This document shows, piece after piece, positions 42,774 through 53,411 of a stretch of DNA of 64,000 bases; position 1 is the first letter of the stretch, and each line of letters opens with the position of its first letter. The stretch is from an uncultured delta proteobacterium (GTDB lineage Bacteria; Desulfobacterota; Binatia; Binatales; Binataceae). The DNA is taken from positions 800,001 to 864,000 of the forward strand of contig CAWJET010000001.1 in assembly GCA_963842085.1 (NCBI GenBank), read 5' to 3'. Made by a program: the position numbers and the translations under genes. The notes beneath the pieces are model-generated. The model ran no database searches and was not told the DNA's origin. It worked only from the letters and a program-made list of their open reading frames with translations.

Positions 42774-44177
42774 TCAATCCTGGCGTTTTTGCGCGCGCAG
42801 TTTTTCGCTGATCACCAGCGCGCCGAGCGCCGCAGTCTGTCGCACCGGAAACTCCGCCGGCCGCCGCAGTGTCTTGTAGCGCCCGTCGAGCGTCGTCAGC
42901 CCATTCATCACGCGCTCACGCGCTTCGGCCAGGGTCGGCCGGGGCATGATCCGGCGGCCATTGTCGAGCACCGTCTCCATCAACTGAACCGTTTTCGAAG
43001 GCATCGGCTTGAACTCACGCGTGACCGTGGTCGCGCCCTCGTCCACGATTCCGACCAGGTCGGCGAAGAAGGAGCCGCTAGGCGCATAAGCGCGGAACAA
43101 TTGCTTGCGTCCCGGGGTTGAAATCTTCCCGGCCGAGGTTTTGAGCCGTGCGCGATCCTTGTAGTCGACAAGCTTATAGGTGAAGTCAGCCGCCGGCGCG
43201 TCGTCGCTGACCGCGAGCGCGGTGCCGACGCCGAACGCGTCGATCGGCGCGCCGGCGTCAACCAGTTCCGCGATGCGATATTCGTCCAGGTTGCCGCTTG
43301 CGACGATCGCGATATCGCCGAAGCCGGCCTGATCGAGAATCCGCCGCGCCTTGCGGCTGAGGTCGTGGAGGTCGCCGCTGTCCAGCCGCACACCCTGGAT
43401 TTTCACGCCCGCCTCGCGAAGTTTCGCCGCGACCGCAGCCGCGTTGTCGACGCCGCGAACCGTGTCGTAAGTGTCGACCAGCAGCGTGCTGAGAGTCGGG
43501 AAGCTCGCGGCGAAATCGACGAATGCGTCGCGCTCGCGGTCGTGCGCCATCACGAAGCTGTGGCTCATCGTGCCGAATACGGGAATGCCGTAGCGTTTGC
43601 CCGCGAGCACGTTGGCGGTGCCGTGGAAGCCCGCCAGGTAGCTCGAGCGCGCCGCGATAAGAGAAGCGTCGGTGCCCTGCGCGCGCCGCGGACCGAAATC
43701 CACCAACCGCCTGCCGCCCGCGACGATGAAGCATCTTGCGGCCTTGGTCGCGACGATCGAGGCGAATCCAAGCTGGTTGAGAACCAGCGTTTCTATGAGC
43801 TGGCCTTCGATCAGCGGAGCGCGGATCTCCGCGATCGGTTCGCCGGCGAAATAAATCGTGCCTTCGGGAAGCGCGCGGATCGAACCGGTGAAGCGGAGAT
43901 TCGAAAGAAATTCGAGAAAAGCCGGCTTGAAGAGGTGCAGCGATACCAGATGCTCGATCGCGGCGGCGTCGAAACGATACTCCTCTAGTGCCTCGGCCAG
44001 CCGCTCGATACCGGCTGCGATCATGAAGCCGCGGCCCGCCGGCATCCGGCGCATCGAGACTTCGAACGACGCGGTGTCGTTGAAGCCGTGCTCGAAGAAC
44101 GCCGCGCTGACTGTAAGCTCGTAGAGGTCGGTGAACAGCGCGACCTCGGCGGGGTCGAGTCGGAGATCTATCGGCAT
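42774..44177 (-). CDS. pncB: nicotinate phosphoribosyltransferase
   Basis: LFTDLYELT, DFGPRRAQG, GTMSHSFV, LVDTYDT, GVRLDSGD and FGVGT motifs. Confidence 0.95.
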   Translation of the reverse strand: MPIDLRLDPAEVALFTDLYELTVSAAFFEHGFNDTASFEVSMRRMPAGRGFMIAAGIERLAEALEEYRFDAAAIEHLVSLHLFKPAFLEFLSNLRFTGSIRALPEGTIYFAGEPIAEIRAPLIEGQLIETLVLNQLGFASIVATKAARCFIVAGGRRLVDFGPRRAQGTDASLIAARSSYLAGFHGTANVLAGKRYGIPVFGTMSHSFVMAHDRERDAFVDFAASFPTLSTLLVDTYDTVRGVDNAAAVAAKLREAGVKIQGVRLDSGDLHDLSRKARRILDQAGFGDIAIVASGNLDEYRIAELVDAGAPIDAFGVGTALAVSDDAPAADFTYKLVDYKDRARLKTSAGKISTPGRKQLFRAYAPSGSFFADLVGIVDEGATTVTREFKPMPSKTVQLMETVLDNGRRIMPRPTLAEARERVMNGLTTLDGRYKTLRRPAEFPVRQTAALGALVISEKLRAQKRQD

Positions 44178-44222
44178 CCGGGTGGCTCCTTCTCAACCGC
44201 AAGGAAGGCTATGCCGCCCCCT

Positions 44223-46742
44223 CTAGCGCGGAGGCTCCGGCGGCGCCGGCGGTTTAGGCGCAGGCGTGTTCGGCGCCGGCTCCTGCACCACCCGAGTTTC
44301 GCCGAGCGGTCGATCGCGCAGGATGTCAGCCATGCGCTTGAGCCGCTGATCTACGAGATGGTTGATCGTACCAGGCTGGTCGATCGTACCCGCGCGTACA
44401 CCGGTCAGAGTCTCGATGCCGCGATCGATCGTATCGATCGGATAGATGTGGAATTCGCCGCGCTCGATCGCGCCGGTGGTCTCCGGATCGAGCATCAGGT
44501 TCGCGACGTTGGTGCGCGGCACCAGCACGCCCTGCGTGCCGGTCAGCCCGATCGCCTTGCACACGCGGTAGAAGCCCTCGACCTTCTGGTTGACGCCGCC
44601 AATCGCCTGCACCGTGCCGTATTGATCGACCGAGCCCGTCACCGCCAGGTCCTGCCGCAGCGGCACGCCCGACAGCGCCGACATCAGCGCGTAGAGCTCG
44701 GTCGAGCTGGCGCTGTCGCCGTCGATGCCCGAGTACGATTGCTCGAAGCAGATGCTCGCCGTCATCGCGACCGGATGCTGTTGTCCGAATCGCGCGCGGA
44801 TAAATCCGCTCAGGATCATGATGCCCTTGTCGTGCGTCGAGCCCGACATCCGCGCCTCGCGCTCGATGTTGATCACGCCGGCCTGCCCCAGCGCCACGGT
44901 GGCGGTCACGCGCGACGGCCGCCCGAAACTGTAACCGCCGACGTCGAGCACGGCCAGGCCGTTGATCTGTCCGACGCTGGTGCCGCGGATATTGACGATG
45001 AGCGTGCCCTCCGCGATGAGCCTGCGGATTTCCTCTTCGATAAAATTGAGCCGCAACATCCGCTCGCCAAGCGCCCGCTCGACGTGCGCGGCCGTAACCC
45101 GCTGAGCGATTTCGTTGCGCGCGAAGTAGGCGGACTCGCGCGCGAGATCGTCGATCGGCTCGAGCATCGCGAGCACGCGCGATCTGTCGCCCGCCATCCG
45201 CATGCCGAATTCCACGATCTTCGCCAGCGCCTCTGCCTCGAACGGCGGCAAATTCTCTCTGCGCGCCAGCGCGCCCACGCGCGCCGCATAATGCGCGGCG
45301 GCCGCGGCGTCGGCCGCCACCGAGGGCCGCATCTCGGCCTTCACCTTGAACAGGTCCGCGAAATCCGCATCGTAAAAATAAAGCAGGTTGTATAGATACG
45401 CGCCGCCCAGCACCACGACCTTGTTGTGAATCTCGATCGGCTCGGGCTTGAGCCCGCTCATCGAGAAAAACGGTAGCGGCTCGAAAGTCTCCAACGTCAT
45501 GCGCCCCGACTTGAGGCTGCGCTTGATCGTCTTCCAGACGCCCGGCTCGACGATCGCATCCTCGAGATCGAAGACCAGGAAGCCGCCGTGCGACTTCAGA
45601 AACGATCCGCCAATGATGCGCGTGAAGTTGGTGCCCGAGCGTCCCAGCGGATCGATCCAGCGCTCGATCGTGCCGAACAGGTTGCGATAGGTCGGCGCGT
45701 CCTCCAGCACGACCGGGGCTCCGCGCGTGGCGGAATTGTCCACCATCACGTTGACCTGGTAGTCGAACCAGCGCGTGCCTTCCTCGATTGCCGCAGCCGG
45801 CCGCGGGCCCTGCTCGGCCGGCTGCTCGCGGAAGCGGTCGAGGTTGCCAAGCATGTGCTGCGCGACCTGGTCGAGGTAAGCATCGACGCCGGGATTATTA
45901 AAGTGATGCTTTAGGTCTTCGACCGACGGCGTTATGAGCCGCGCCGCGAACGCCCGCTCGATCGCGCGGATGTCGTCAATCAGCTCGCGCATCATTTCCT
46001 GCTGCCGCAACGTCAGCGTCGCGAGGTCGTCCTGCAGTTCGCCCTGCGCCTTCGCCAGTTGCTCGCGCTCGGCATCGCTCTTCGCCGCCATCGCCTTGTT
46101 GAGCGCCTCGGGCGATTCGGGCATCTTGCCGTCGATCAGCGGGATGAAAATCACCTGCCCGGTCGGCGTGCTCTGGATCGCGAAGCCGCGCTCGCGCGCC
46201 CGCGTCTCGAGATTGCCGAACAGTTCTTGCGCGCGTTTGTTGTACTTGTCGCGCAGCGCCGCGCGCTCCTGGTCGAAGTCCTCGCGCCGAAACGCTTTCG
46301 GCAACTGCTCAAGCACGAAGCTGACCAGCTCGGTCATCCGCGCGCGAAGCTCGACGCCCTGGCCCGGTTGCAGGTAGATCGCGACCGGCGATTCGGGATT
46401 GCGAAAATTGTTTACGTACACCCAATCGCCCGGCGTCGGCATCGTCGCGGCTTTTTCACTGAGGATGCGCAACACCGATTCGCGCTCATGCCGCGAGCGC
46501 AGTCCGCTTACGAAAACGTTGTATCCGGCCGCGTCGATTCCAATCGCCAGCTTAACCGCGTCGAGCGCGCGGCCCTGCCCAAACAGCTCGACGACGCCGT
46601 CGCTCGACGCAGCACGCTCCAGCGACACTGCGTCGAGCGCCACCTGCCCCTTGACTTCCGAGGCGTCGAGCTCCGCGGCCGGCGGCACGTGAATCAGCGC
46701 GGCGCTGGCGGGGGTAGCGATGAGGTCGCCCTTGTCAGCCAT
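44223..46742 (-). CDS. Lon-like protease, LonC-type (AAA-like + Lon protease domain)
   Basis: GQGRA, NLFGTIE, GQINGLAV, IDGDSASS (Ser) and GGVNQKVEG (Lys) dyad. Walker A is degenerate. Confidence 0.9.
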   Translation of the reverse strand: MADKGDLIATPASAALIHVPPAAELDASEVKGQVALDAVSLERAASSDGVVELFGQGRALDAVKLAIGIDAAGYNVFVSGLRSRHERESVLRILSEKAATMPTPGDWVYVNNFRNPESPVAIYLQPGQGVELRARMTELVSFVLEQLPKAFRREDFDQERAALRDKYNKRAQELFGNLETRARERGFAIQSTPTGQVIFIPLIDGKMPESPEALNKAMAAKSDAEREQLAKAQGELQDDLATLTLRQQEMMRELIDDIRAIERAFAARLITPSVEDLKHHFNNPGVDAYLDQVAQHMLGNLDRFREQPAEQGPRPAAAIEEGTRWFDYQVNVMVDNSATRGAPVVLEDAPTYRNLFGTIERWIDPLGRSGTNFTRIIGGSFLKSHGGFLVFDLEDAIVEPGVWKTIKRSLKSGRMTLETFEPLPFFSMSGLKPEPIEIHNKVVVLGGAYLYNLLYFYDADFADLFKVKAEMRPSVAADAAAAAHYAARVGALARRENLPPFEAEALAKIVEFGMRMAGDRSRVLAMLEPIDDLARESAYFARNEIAQRVTAAHVERALGERMLRLNFIEEEIRRLIAEGTLIVNIRGTSVGQINGLAVLDVGGYSFGRPSRVTATVALGQAGVINIEREARMSGSTHDKGIMILSGFIRARFGQQHPVAMTASICFEQSYSGIDGDSASSTELYALMSALSGVPLRQDLAVTGSVDQYGTVQAIGGVNQKVEGFYRVCKAIGLTGTQGVLVPRTNVANLMLDPETTGAIERGEFHIYPIDTIDRGIETLTGVRAGTIDQPGTINHLVDQRLKRMADILRDRPLGETRVVQEPAPNTPAPKPPAPPEPPR

Positions 46743-46769
46743 AATTGGTTGCGGATTCGCGCCGCGCGA

Positions 46770-47144
46770 TCACGAAGCCTTGAGCGCGATCCTCCGGCTC
46801 TTCTGCTTGGGCAGAATGATAACCAGCGTGCCCTCGGACAACTTCGCGGTCGACGCTTCGCCGTCGATCGAGTCGGAGAACGCAAATGAACTCTCGAGGG
46901 CGCCGCCGAGTTTGTCGGTTACGCGAACCGCCAGCCGCTGGCCCGAGACCTCGGCCTGTATCTTCGCCGGATCGACGCCGACCGCCGCGATTCGCACCTC
47001 GTAACGATCGGGATGTTCGATAACCTGGGCGCGCTCGAAGTCAGCGGTGGGCATCCCGCATTTCCATGGCGCGATCAGCATCTCGTCGAAGAATTCGTCG
47101 AAGACGCGCTCGAAGTCTGCTATCAATCCGCGGCTGCTGGCCAT
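46770..47144 (-). CDS. Hsp20/alpha-crystallin family small heat-shock protein
   Basis: YEVRIAAVGVDPAKI...AKLSEGTLVIILPK alpha-crystallin pattern. Confidence 0.8.
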   Translation of the reverse strand: MASSRGLIADFERVFDEFFDEMLIAPWKCGMPTADFERAQVIEHPDRYEVRIAAVGVDPAKIQAEVSGQRLAVRVTDKLGGALESSFAFSDSIDGEASTAKLSEGTLVIILPKQKSRRIALKAS

Positions 47145-47263
47145 AGCGTCTCAGTTTTCCACGATTTCACACGAATTGTAATGCAGCCGTACCGCGCCGG
47201 TCGAGTCCGCGCACAGCCAGCCGTCCCTTGCCACGATTGCGGTCCCGGCGTTATGGTTCCTGT

Positions 47264-47752
47264 GTGCCAACTTTTTCAAAAATTATCGCCGCCACCGATT
47301 TCTCCGAAGACTCGAACCTCGCGCTGACCTACACCCAGGAACTCGCGAACAAGTTCTCGGCTGAGGTCGTGCTGCTGCATGTCGACCAGCCGCTTGCGCC
47401 CGTGATGATGACGCCGGAGCTCGGACCCGCGATGGACGTCGGCGCGATGGGACGGATTGCCGAGGAACAGCGGATGCTCGCGCAGAAGGAACTCGACAAG
47501 ATTGCGGGCAAACTGCGCGAGGGCGGTCTCAAGGTCAAGGTCCAGCTCAAGGTTGGTTCACCGTTCCTGGAAATTCTACACACGGCCCAAAGCGAGAACG
47601 CTGATTTGATCGTGCTCGGGACCCACGGACGCACCGGGTTGGCGCACGTCCTGATGGGCAGCGTAGCCGAACGCGTCGTGCAAAAGTCGTCTTGCCCGGT
47701 GCTCACGATTCGCCACCCAGATCGCAAGTTCAAGCACCCGCTCGACAAATAG
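47264..47752 (+). CDS. universal stress protein
   Basis: IIAATDFSEDS and ADLIVLGTHGRTGLAHVLMGSVAERVVQKSSCPVL. GTG start. Confidence 0.94.
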   Translation: MPTFSKIIAATDFSEDSNLALTYTQELANKFSAEVVLLHVDQPLAPVMMTPELGPAMDVGAMGRIAEEQRMLAQKELDKIAGKLREGGLKVKVQLKVGSPFLEILHTAQSENADLIVLGTHGRTGLAHVLMGSVAERVVQKSSCPVLTIRHPDRKFKHPLDK

Positions 47753-47760
47753 CTTCTAAT

Positions 47761-47797
47761 CCCTCGCCCGTTATTTCACCGGAGAGGTTAGGTGGGA
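47761..47797. repeat. degenerate CCCTC../GGAGAGG palindromic repeat
   Basis: CCCTCGCCCGTTATTTCACCGGAGAGGTTAGGTGGG between convergent genes. Confidence 0.4.
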
Positions 47798-47828
47798 TTC
47801 TGGGTTACAGCACCCGGTTTCTGAGGAG

Positions 47829-48647
47829 CTACTTGCCGGTGAACTTCGGCGCGCGCTTCTCCAGGAACGCCTTCACGCCTTCTTTGAAATCTTCCGAACG
47901 CGTCATCATCTCCATCGACGCGTCGTCGTCTCGCACGCCGGTGGCGAGATCGGTGAACAGATGCTGGTAGATCATCTTCTTTGCTTGCGCGACTCCGAGC
48001 GGCGAGCATTTGTTCGCGATTCCTGACGCAATCTCGCGCGCCGTCGCCATCAGCTTGTCCTGCGGCATCACCCGATTGACCAGCCCCATCTCGAGCGCCT
48101 CGTTCGCATCGACCAGCCTGCCCGTGATCGCCAGCTCCGTGGCCCGCGCCAGGCCGATGATTCGCGGCAGCATCCAGCTGCTGCCGTGCTCGATCGCGAG
48201 CCCGCGCTGCGTGAAGATCAAGCCCATCCGCGCGTTCTCCGACGCGATCCTGATGTCCTGGTAGAGACAAGTGGTGAATCCCAGCCCGACGCACGCGCCG
48301 TTGATCGCGCCGATCACCGGCGTGTTGAGCGCCAGCGGCCACGAGTACGAGGTCCTGTAGTCGGCGCGCTGGGCGCGCAGCCATTCATCGGGCACCTCGG
48401 CCCCGCGCGCTGACGCAGTTCCGGCGGCGATATTCGACAGCGCGCCCATGTCCGCGCCCGCGCAGTATGCGCGCCCCGCGCCCGTGACGATTATCGCGCC
48501 GACCGCCGGATCGCGCTCGGCGTCGAGCATCGCCGTGCGCATCTCGGCGCCCATCTTCGGCGTCCACGCGTTCATCTTCTCAGGCCGGTTCATCGTCACC
48601 GTCGCCACGCGATCCCTTTTTTCGTAAATGATTTCAGCGAAGTCCAT
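47829..48647 (-). CDS. enoyl-CoA hydratase/isomerase family protein
   Basis: MNRPEKMNAW, GRAYCAGADM, PVIGAINGACVG and EGVKAFLEKRAPKF. GGAGG RBS. Confidence 0.94.
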   Translation of the reverse strand: MDFAEIIYEKRDRVATVTMNRPEKMNAWTPKMGAEMRTAMLDAERDPAVGAIIVTGAGRAYCAGADMGALSNIAAGTASARGAEVPDEWLRAQRADYRTSYSWPLALNTPVIGAINGACVGLGFTTCLYQDIRIASENARMGLIFTQRGLAIEHGSSWMLPRIIGLARATELAITGRLVDANEALEMGLVNRVMPQDKLMATAREIASGIANKCSPLGVAQAKKMIYQHLFTDLATGVRDDDASMEMMTRSEDFKEGVKAFLEKRAPKFTGK

Positions 48648-48855
48648 TTTCTTTACCTCCAGGTCTCTGCTCCCTCGCCCGCTACTTTCTGATGTCTCGT
48701 CCCTTTTCACGGGAGGGTTCTGCGGCGCGTCCACAGTCTCTCCGCGATCGTCCCACTTAGGTTCCGATCAAAGCACTTCCCAATAGCGAAATCTAACGCT
48801 GCACGACTCCGTCGAACGTGCTTTCATCCGCAAGCGATGGCTGTTAGTAAAGCGC

Positions 48856-50541
48856 GTGATGCTGATGCCACGCCGGATTCAACTCTGCGCCGTCGCGCTC
48901 ACGATAGCGCTGTTCGTTACCCCAACCTCCTATGCTGCCGCTGCGGCGTCGGACAACTCCGCGGTCGGCGTCCACGGTATGGTCGCGTCGGAAAGTGAAG
49001 ACGCCGCGCGCGCCGGCGTCGAGATACTCAAACACGGCGGCAATGCTGTCGACGCTGCCGTCGCCACTGCCCTGGCGGTCGGCGTCACCAATCCTGCCGC
49101 GTGCGGAATCAGCGGTGGCGGCTTCATGCTGATCTACATCGCCAGGAGCCACACCTTCTACGCACTGGACTATCGCGAAACTGCACCGCTTCACGCCCGC
49201 CCCGACATGTACGTTCGCAACGGCAAGCCCGACGAGGATTTGGCGCGCGATGGCATCCTGGCGGTCGGCGTGCCGGGTGAAATCGCGGGCATCAACGCGG
49301 CGCTCAGGCGCTTCGGCACCATGAAGTTTCAGCAGATCGCTGCCCCTGCCGAGAAACTTGCCGGCGGCGGTTTCACCGTGAGTCCGCATCTGGCGGGCGA
49401 AATCGCACGGCTCGCCCCAAAGCTCAAAGACGATCCCGGACTGAGCCAGGTTTTCCTGAAGCCCGACGGCTCCGCGCCCAAGGCCGGCGACACGATCGTC
49501 GAAAAAAATCTGGCCGCGACGCTGAAAGGTCTCGGCGACGATCCGGTCGCGAATTTCTATCACGGCGAAGTCGCAACCGCGCTCGTGGCCTTTATGAAGG
49601 CGCACGGCGGACTGATCGGCACGACCGACCTCGCTAACTATCGTCCGGTCTGGGCCGATCCGATTCGCCGCCGCTACGAGGGCTACGAAGTATACGCGAT
49701 GCCGCCGCCGTCGTCGGGCGGCGTGGTCCTCGAGATGCTCGGGGCGCTCGACTCGGGGCATCTCCCCGGCCTCGGCATCAACTCGCCGCCCTACCTCGCG
49801 CGCCTCATCGAAGTGATGCGCCAGGGTTTCATCGATCGCGAGCAGTATGCCGATCCGGCTTTTGTCAGCGTCCCGGTCCGGGAACTGCTTTCCGACACTC
49901 ACATCGAGGAACTGCGCGAGCGTGCTCTGCACCGCAAGTCACCGCCGCCGCCGGCCCCGGCGCACGATCATGGCACCTCGAATCTGCTCGTCGCGGACAA
50001 GGACGGCAATGTCGTTGCGCTGACCACAACTATCAACACCATTTTCGGCGCCAAGATTAGCGTGCCCGCGCTCGGCCTCATCCTCAACGACGAGATGGAC
50101 GATTTCGCGGTTGCACCCGGCGTGCCCAACGCGTATCGGCTCGAAGGCGAGCGCGCCAACGAGATACGGCCCGGCAAACGCCCGCTCTCGTCGATGACGC
50201 CGATAATCGTCACCAAGAACGGCCTGCCCGTTATGACGACCGGCGGCTCCGGCGGTCCAACCATCATCAGCGGCGTGTTGCAGGTCACGCTTAATATCCT
50301 TGCCTTCCATCTTGACGCGGCCAGCGCGGTCGCCGAGCCGCGAATTCACGAGCAGGCCGAGCCCGATGTCGTGATCGTCGAAGAGGCGATGCCCGCGGCG
50401 ACGCGCAGCGCGCTGGAGCAGATGGGTTACAGGCTCAAGGTCGTGCCGAATCTCGGCGCCGTCGGTGCGATCACGATCGCGCCGGCCAATTTCCGTGGCG
50501 CGTTCGATGCGCGCAAGGGCGGTGGCGCTATCGGCTATTAG
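48856..50541 (+). CDS. ggt: gamma-glutamyltransferase
   Basis: Signal peptide, GGNAVDAA, DYRETAP, HGTS nucleophile Thr, LNDEMDDF, KRPLSSMTP and GGSGG. Confidence 0.95.
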   Translation: MMLMPRRIQLCAVALTIALFVTPTSYAAAAASDNSAVGVHGMVASESEDAARAGVEILKHGGNAVDAAVATALAVGVTNPAACGISGGGFMLIYIARSHTFYALDYRETAPLHARPDMYVRNGKPDEDLARDGILAVGVPGEIAGINAALRRFGTMKFQQIAAPAEKLAGGGFTVSPHLAGEIARLAPKLKDDPGLSQVFLKPDGSAPKAGDTIVEKNLAATLKGLGDDPVANFYHGEVATALVAFMKAHGGLIGTTDLANYRPVWADPIRRRYEGYEVYAMPPPSSGGVVLEMLGALDSGHLPGLGINSPPYLARLIEVMRQGFIDREQYADPAFVSVPVRELLSDTHIEELRERALHRKSPPPPAPAHDHGTSNLLVADKDGNVVALTTTINTIFGAKISVPALGLILNDEMDDFAVAPGVPNAYRLEGERANEIRPGKRPLSSMTPIIVTKNGLPVMTTGGSGGPTIISGVLQVTLNILAFHLDAASAVAEPRIHEQAEPDVVIVEEAMPAATRSALEQMGYRLKVVPNLGAVGAITIAPANFRGAFDARKGGGAIGY

Positions 50542-50572
50542 CCATCGCCCCGGCGCGTTAGACTCATCCCTC

Positions 50573-52318
50573 GTGTCCGGGATCGCTCGCACCGATAACT
50601 CTTCGCCGGCACTGGCCGAGCCGCCGGCGCCGCGAACGCCGGCGACGCCGATCGCCTACGACATTTGCGCGATCGTCGCACTCTCACTCGCGGTCTGCAT
50701 GTTTCATCTCGGCTCATTCGGCCTCTGGGAGCCCGATGAGGCGCGCTACGCCGAAATTGCGCGCGAGATGCTGCAGAGCGGCAATCTGCTGGTGCCGCAT
50801 CTCAACTACGTGGCGTACGTCGAGAAACCGCCGCTGCTCTACTGGCTGACGACGCTCTCCTTCTGGATCTTTGGCATCTCGGAATTTGCCGCGCGGCTCC
50901 CCGTCGCGCTGTCCGCAATTGCCGGAATACTCGCGACGTACTTCTTCGCGCTGCGAGCATTCGGCCGCCGCCACGCAATTCTCGCCGCCGCAATCCTCGC
51001 CACGACACCGCTGTACGCGCTGATGGCGCAGGTGCTGACCACTGACATGCTGCTGACGGCGCTGGTGACGATCGCGACCTTCTCGCTCTACCTTCACTGG
51101 CGCGAAGGCGGCCGCTGGTGCTGGCTCGCGTACGTCGCGATGGGCCTGGCCGTGATGACCAAGGGTCCGGTGGGTGCGGCGCTGCCGATTCTCTCGATGC
51201 TGTTGTGGCTGACGTTCAAGCGCGAACTGGGCGGCGCCATCAGGAAGTTCCGCGCGATACCGGGTCTCTTACTCACGACCCTGATCGCGGCGCCATGGTT
51301 TGTCGCGATGACAATACGCGAGCCGGGCTTCGCTGACTTCTACTTCATCGGCGAGCATCTGCGACGCGTGTTCGATCCCGACTACAGCCACCGCGAAGCG
51401 TTCTACTACTACGTTCCGGTTCTCGCGATCGGACTGCTGCCATGGTCGCTGCTGGTGCCGTTCCTCACCTGGCGCACCGCCGCGCGCAACCCGGCGCGGA
51501 GCTTCTGCGTTGTCGCGGCGGGTGTGACCGTGGTCGCCTTCTCGTGCGCGGATGCGAAGCTGATCCCGTATATCCTGCCGGCCGTACCGCCGATTGCCGT
51601 GCTGATCGCCGACGGACTCGTGTCATGCGCATGGCCGACTGCAAACTCGCGCGCGGCGCTTCGGGCGCCGGACTCGAGGATACTCATCGAGAGCGGCCCG
51701 ATGCTGGCGCTGCTGGGCGCGGGCGTGACCGTCGCGGCGATCGCAGCGCCGGAATTTCGCACTCCGTACGTGATGGCAGCGCGGCCTGCGATGTACGCGA
51801 TCGGCGCGATCCTGCTGGCGGGCGGCGCGGTCACGACATCGATGTTCATTGCGCGCCGCATGGCCGCGGGACTTGGCGCAATCGTCGTCACGCTCGCGTT
51901 TGCGTTGATTGCCGGCGGATGGGCGCGGCTGGAGACCGAGCCGCTGCGTTCGTACGCCGCACTCAGCCGCGCGATTGCGGAGCAGGCGCCCGACGCGACG
52001 ATCATCTGTTACCATCGCTACGTTCAGTCGCTGCCGTTCTACAATCGCCGCCGGGTAATCCTGCTCGGCGGGCGCACGGAACTCGACTTCGGCTCCCGAC
52101 TCGACCCGGACGCGCGCGAGTGGTTCATGAACAATGACGAGCAGATGTTTCGCCGATGGGAGCAGCCGGGGCGCGTCGTGGTCGTGCTCGACGCCGGCGA
52201 CCTGGCGCGAATGAAGGAGCGCTTCGGCGATTTCGACGTGATCGCAGCGGAAGGAAAGAAGCGAGCAATTGTCAGAGGTGAACGAATCTCGCGCCATGAA
52301 CCAATCACCCTCAACTGA
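50573..52318 (+). CDS. ArnT-like glycosyltransferase (PMT/GT39-GT83 clan)
   Basis: LWEPDEARYAEIAREM, YVEKPPLLYW, ARLP and MTKGPVG motifs. Start approximate. Confidence 0.9.
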   Translation: MSGIARTDNSSPALAEPPAPRTPATPIAYDICAIVALSLAVCMFHLGSFGLWEPDEARYAEIAREMLQSGNLLVPHLNYVAYVEKPPLLYWLTTLSFWIFGISEFAARLPVALSAIAGILATYFFALRAFGRRHAILAAAILATTPLYALMAQVLTTDMLLTALVTIATFSLYLHWREGGRWCWLAYVAMGLAVMTKGPVGAALPILSMLLWLTFKRELGGAIRKFRAIPGLLLTTLIAAPWFVAMTIREPGFADFYFIGEHLRRVFDPDYSHREAFYYYVPVLAIGLLPWSLLVPFLTWRTAARNPARSFCVVAAGVTVVAFSCADAKLIPYILPAVPPIAVLIADGLVSCAWPTANSRAALRAPDSRILIESGPMLALLGAGVTVAAIAAPEFRTPYVMAARPAMYAIGAILLAGGAVTTSMFIARRMAAGLGAIVVTLAFALIAGGWARLETEPLRSYAALSRAIAEQAPDATIICYHRYVQSLPFYNRRRVILLGGRTELDFGSRLDPDAREWFMNNDEQMFRRWEQPGRVVVVLDAGDLARMKERFGDFDVIAAEGKKRAIVRGERISRHEPITLN

Positions 52319-53318
52319 GCCGGCCGCATCGGCGCCCGCCGTGGAATCGGCGGCCCGCCCTGCGCATCCGTATCGCGCGTTTGCGATGCGGGCGGGGCTC
52401 GGAGTGGCAGTGGTCGCCGTTTTGCTGTGGCGTTACGACGCGCGGCCGATTTTTCGAATCCTCAGCCGCGAGCGTGGGTTCTGCTTCGCCGCGGCGGTCG
52501 CACTTTACCTGGCGGGGCAGGCGATGTGCGCGTATCGATGGCAATTGCTCGCCGCGATCCTGAAAGTCCACAGCCGCTATTCCGAATTTTTCGCCTACAC
52601 ATTTGTCGGCATGTTCACCAACCTGTTCGTGCCGGGATTGCTCGGCGGCGACGCGGCCCGATCGGTATATCTTGGACGGCGGCATGGCAGGATGGGCGAG
52701 GCGATAGCGTCGGTGGTGGCGGATCGCGCCGTGGGATTGCTCGGTTTATTCTGGCTGGCGGCGATCGCGGCGATGTTTCTGAACTTTGCCGCGATTCCGC
52801 GGTCAGTCATCGCATCGACAGTCGCGGTCGGTGCAATCGCGCTGGCGGGATTTCTCGCGGCGCCGCTCGCCGCGCGCCTGATCCATCTGATGCCGCGGCC
52901 TATTCGCCGCGCAGGCGGAATCGTCGCGCCTTACCTGCACCATCCCGCACCGCTCATCGTGCCGATTGCTTTGTCTGTCGTGCTGCAAATCGGGCTGGCC
53001 GTGAGCCAGTACATCCTGGCCGCCGGACTTGGCCTGACGGTGCCGCTCTCGCTGTTCATCCTGTGCGTTCCGATTGCGAACGTGTTTGCGAGTCTGCCGC
53101 TGACGTTGAACGGCCTGGGGATTCGCGAATCGGCCTACCTGGTGCTGTTCGGGATGGCGGGGATGCGCAAAGAGGATGCGATCGCGCTGGGACTGTTGTG
53201 GTTTGCGGCGACGATGGTCGGCGGTCTGACGGGCGCGATCGCATTCGTAACGACGCCCGCGCCGATTCCGGTTATCCCGACGGTTGAAGACCAGAGTTGG
53301 GGGAAGGGAATGACTTGA
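52296..53318 (+). CDS. lysylphosphatidylglycerol synthase TM-domain (flippase-like, UPF0104) protein
   Basis: YRWQLL, FTNLFVPGLLGGDAAR, SVVADR and LPLTLNGLGIRE motifs. Confidence 0.88.
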   Translation: MNQSPSTEPAASAPAVESAARPAHPYRAFAMRAGLGVAVVAVLLWRYDARPIFRILSRERGFCFAAAVALYLAGQAMCAYRWQLLAAILKVHSRYSEFFAYTFVGMFTNLFVPGLLGGDAARSVYLGRRHGRMGEAIASVVADRAVGLLGLFWLAAIAAMFLNFAAIPRSVIASTVAVGAIALAGFLAAPLAARLIHLMPRPIRRAGGIVAPYLHHPAPLIVPIALSVVLQIGLAVSQYILAAGLGLTVPLSLFILCVPIANVFASLPLTLNGLGIRESAYLVLFGMAGMRKEDAIALGLLWFAATMVGGLTGAIAFVTTPAPIPVIPTVEDQSWGKGMT

Positions 53319-53323
53319 TTGTA

Positions 53324-53378
53324 GTGAAACCCGCCGTGGGGTTTCACACTTCCTTGGGCAGGGGTAACCCCTGCGCCC
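53324..53378. terminator. hairpins between convergent genes
   Basis: GTGAAACCC-GCCGTG-GGGTTTCAC and GGGCAGGGG-TAA-CCCCTGCGCCC. Confidence 0.55.
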
Positions 53379-53411
53379 GAATAGGAGAAAGAGGCGGCCG
53401 GATGAGGCGAC

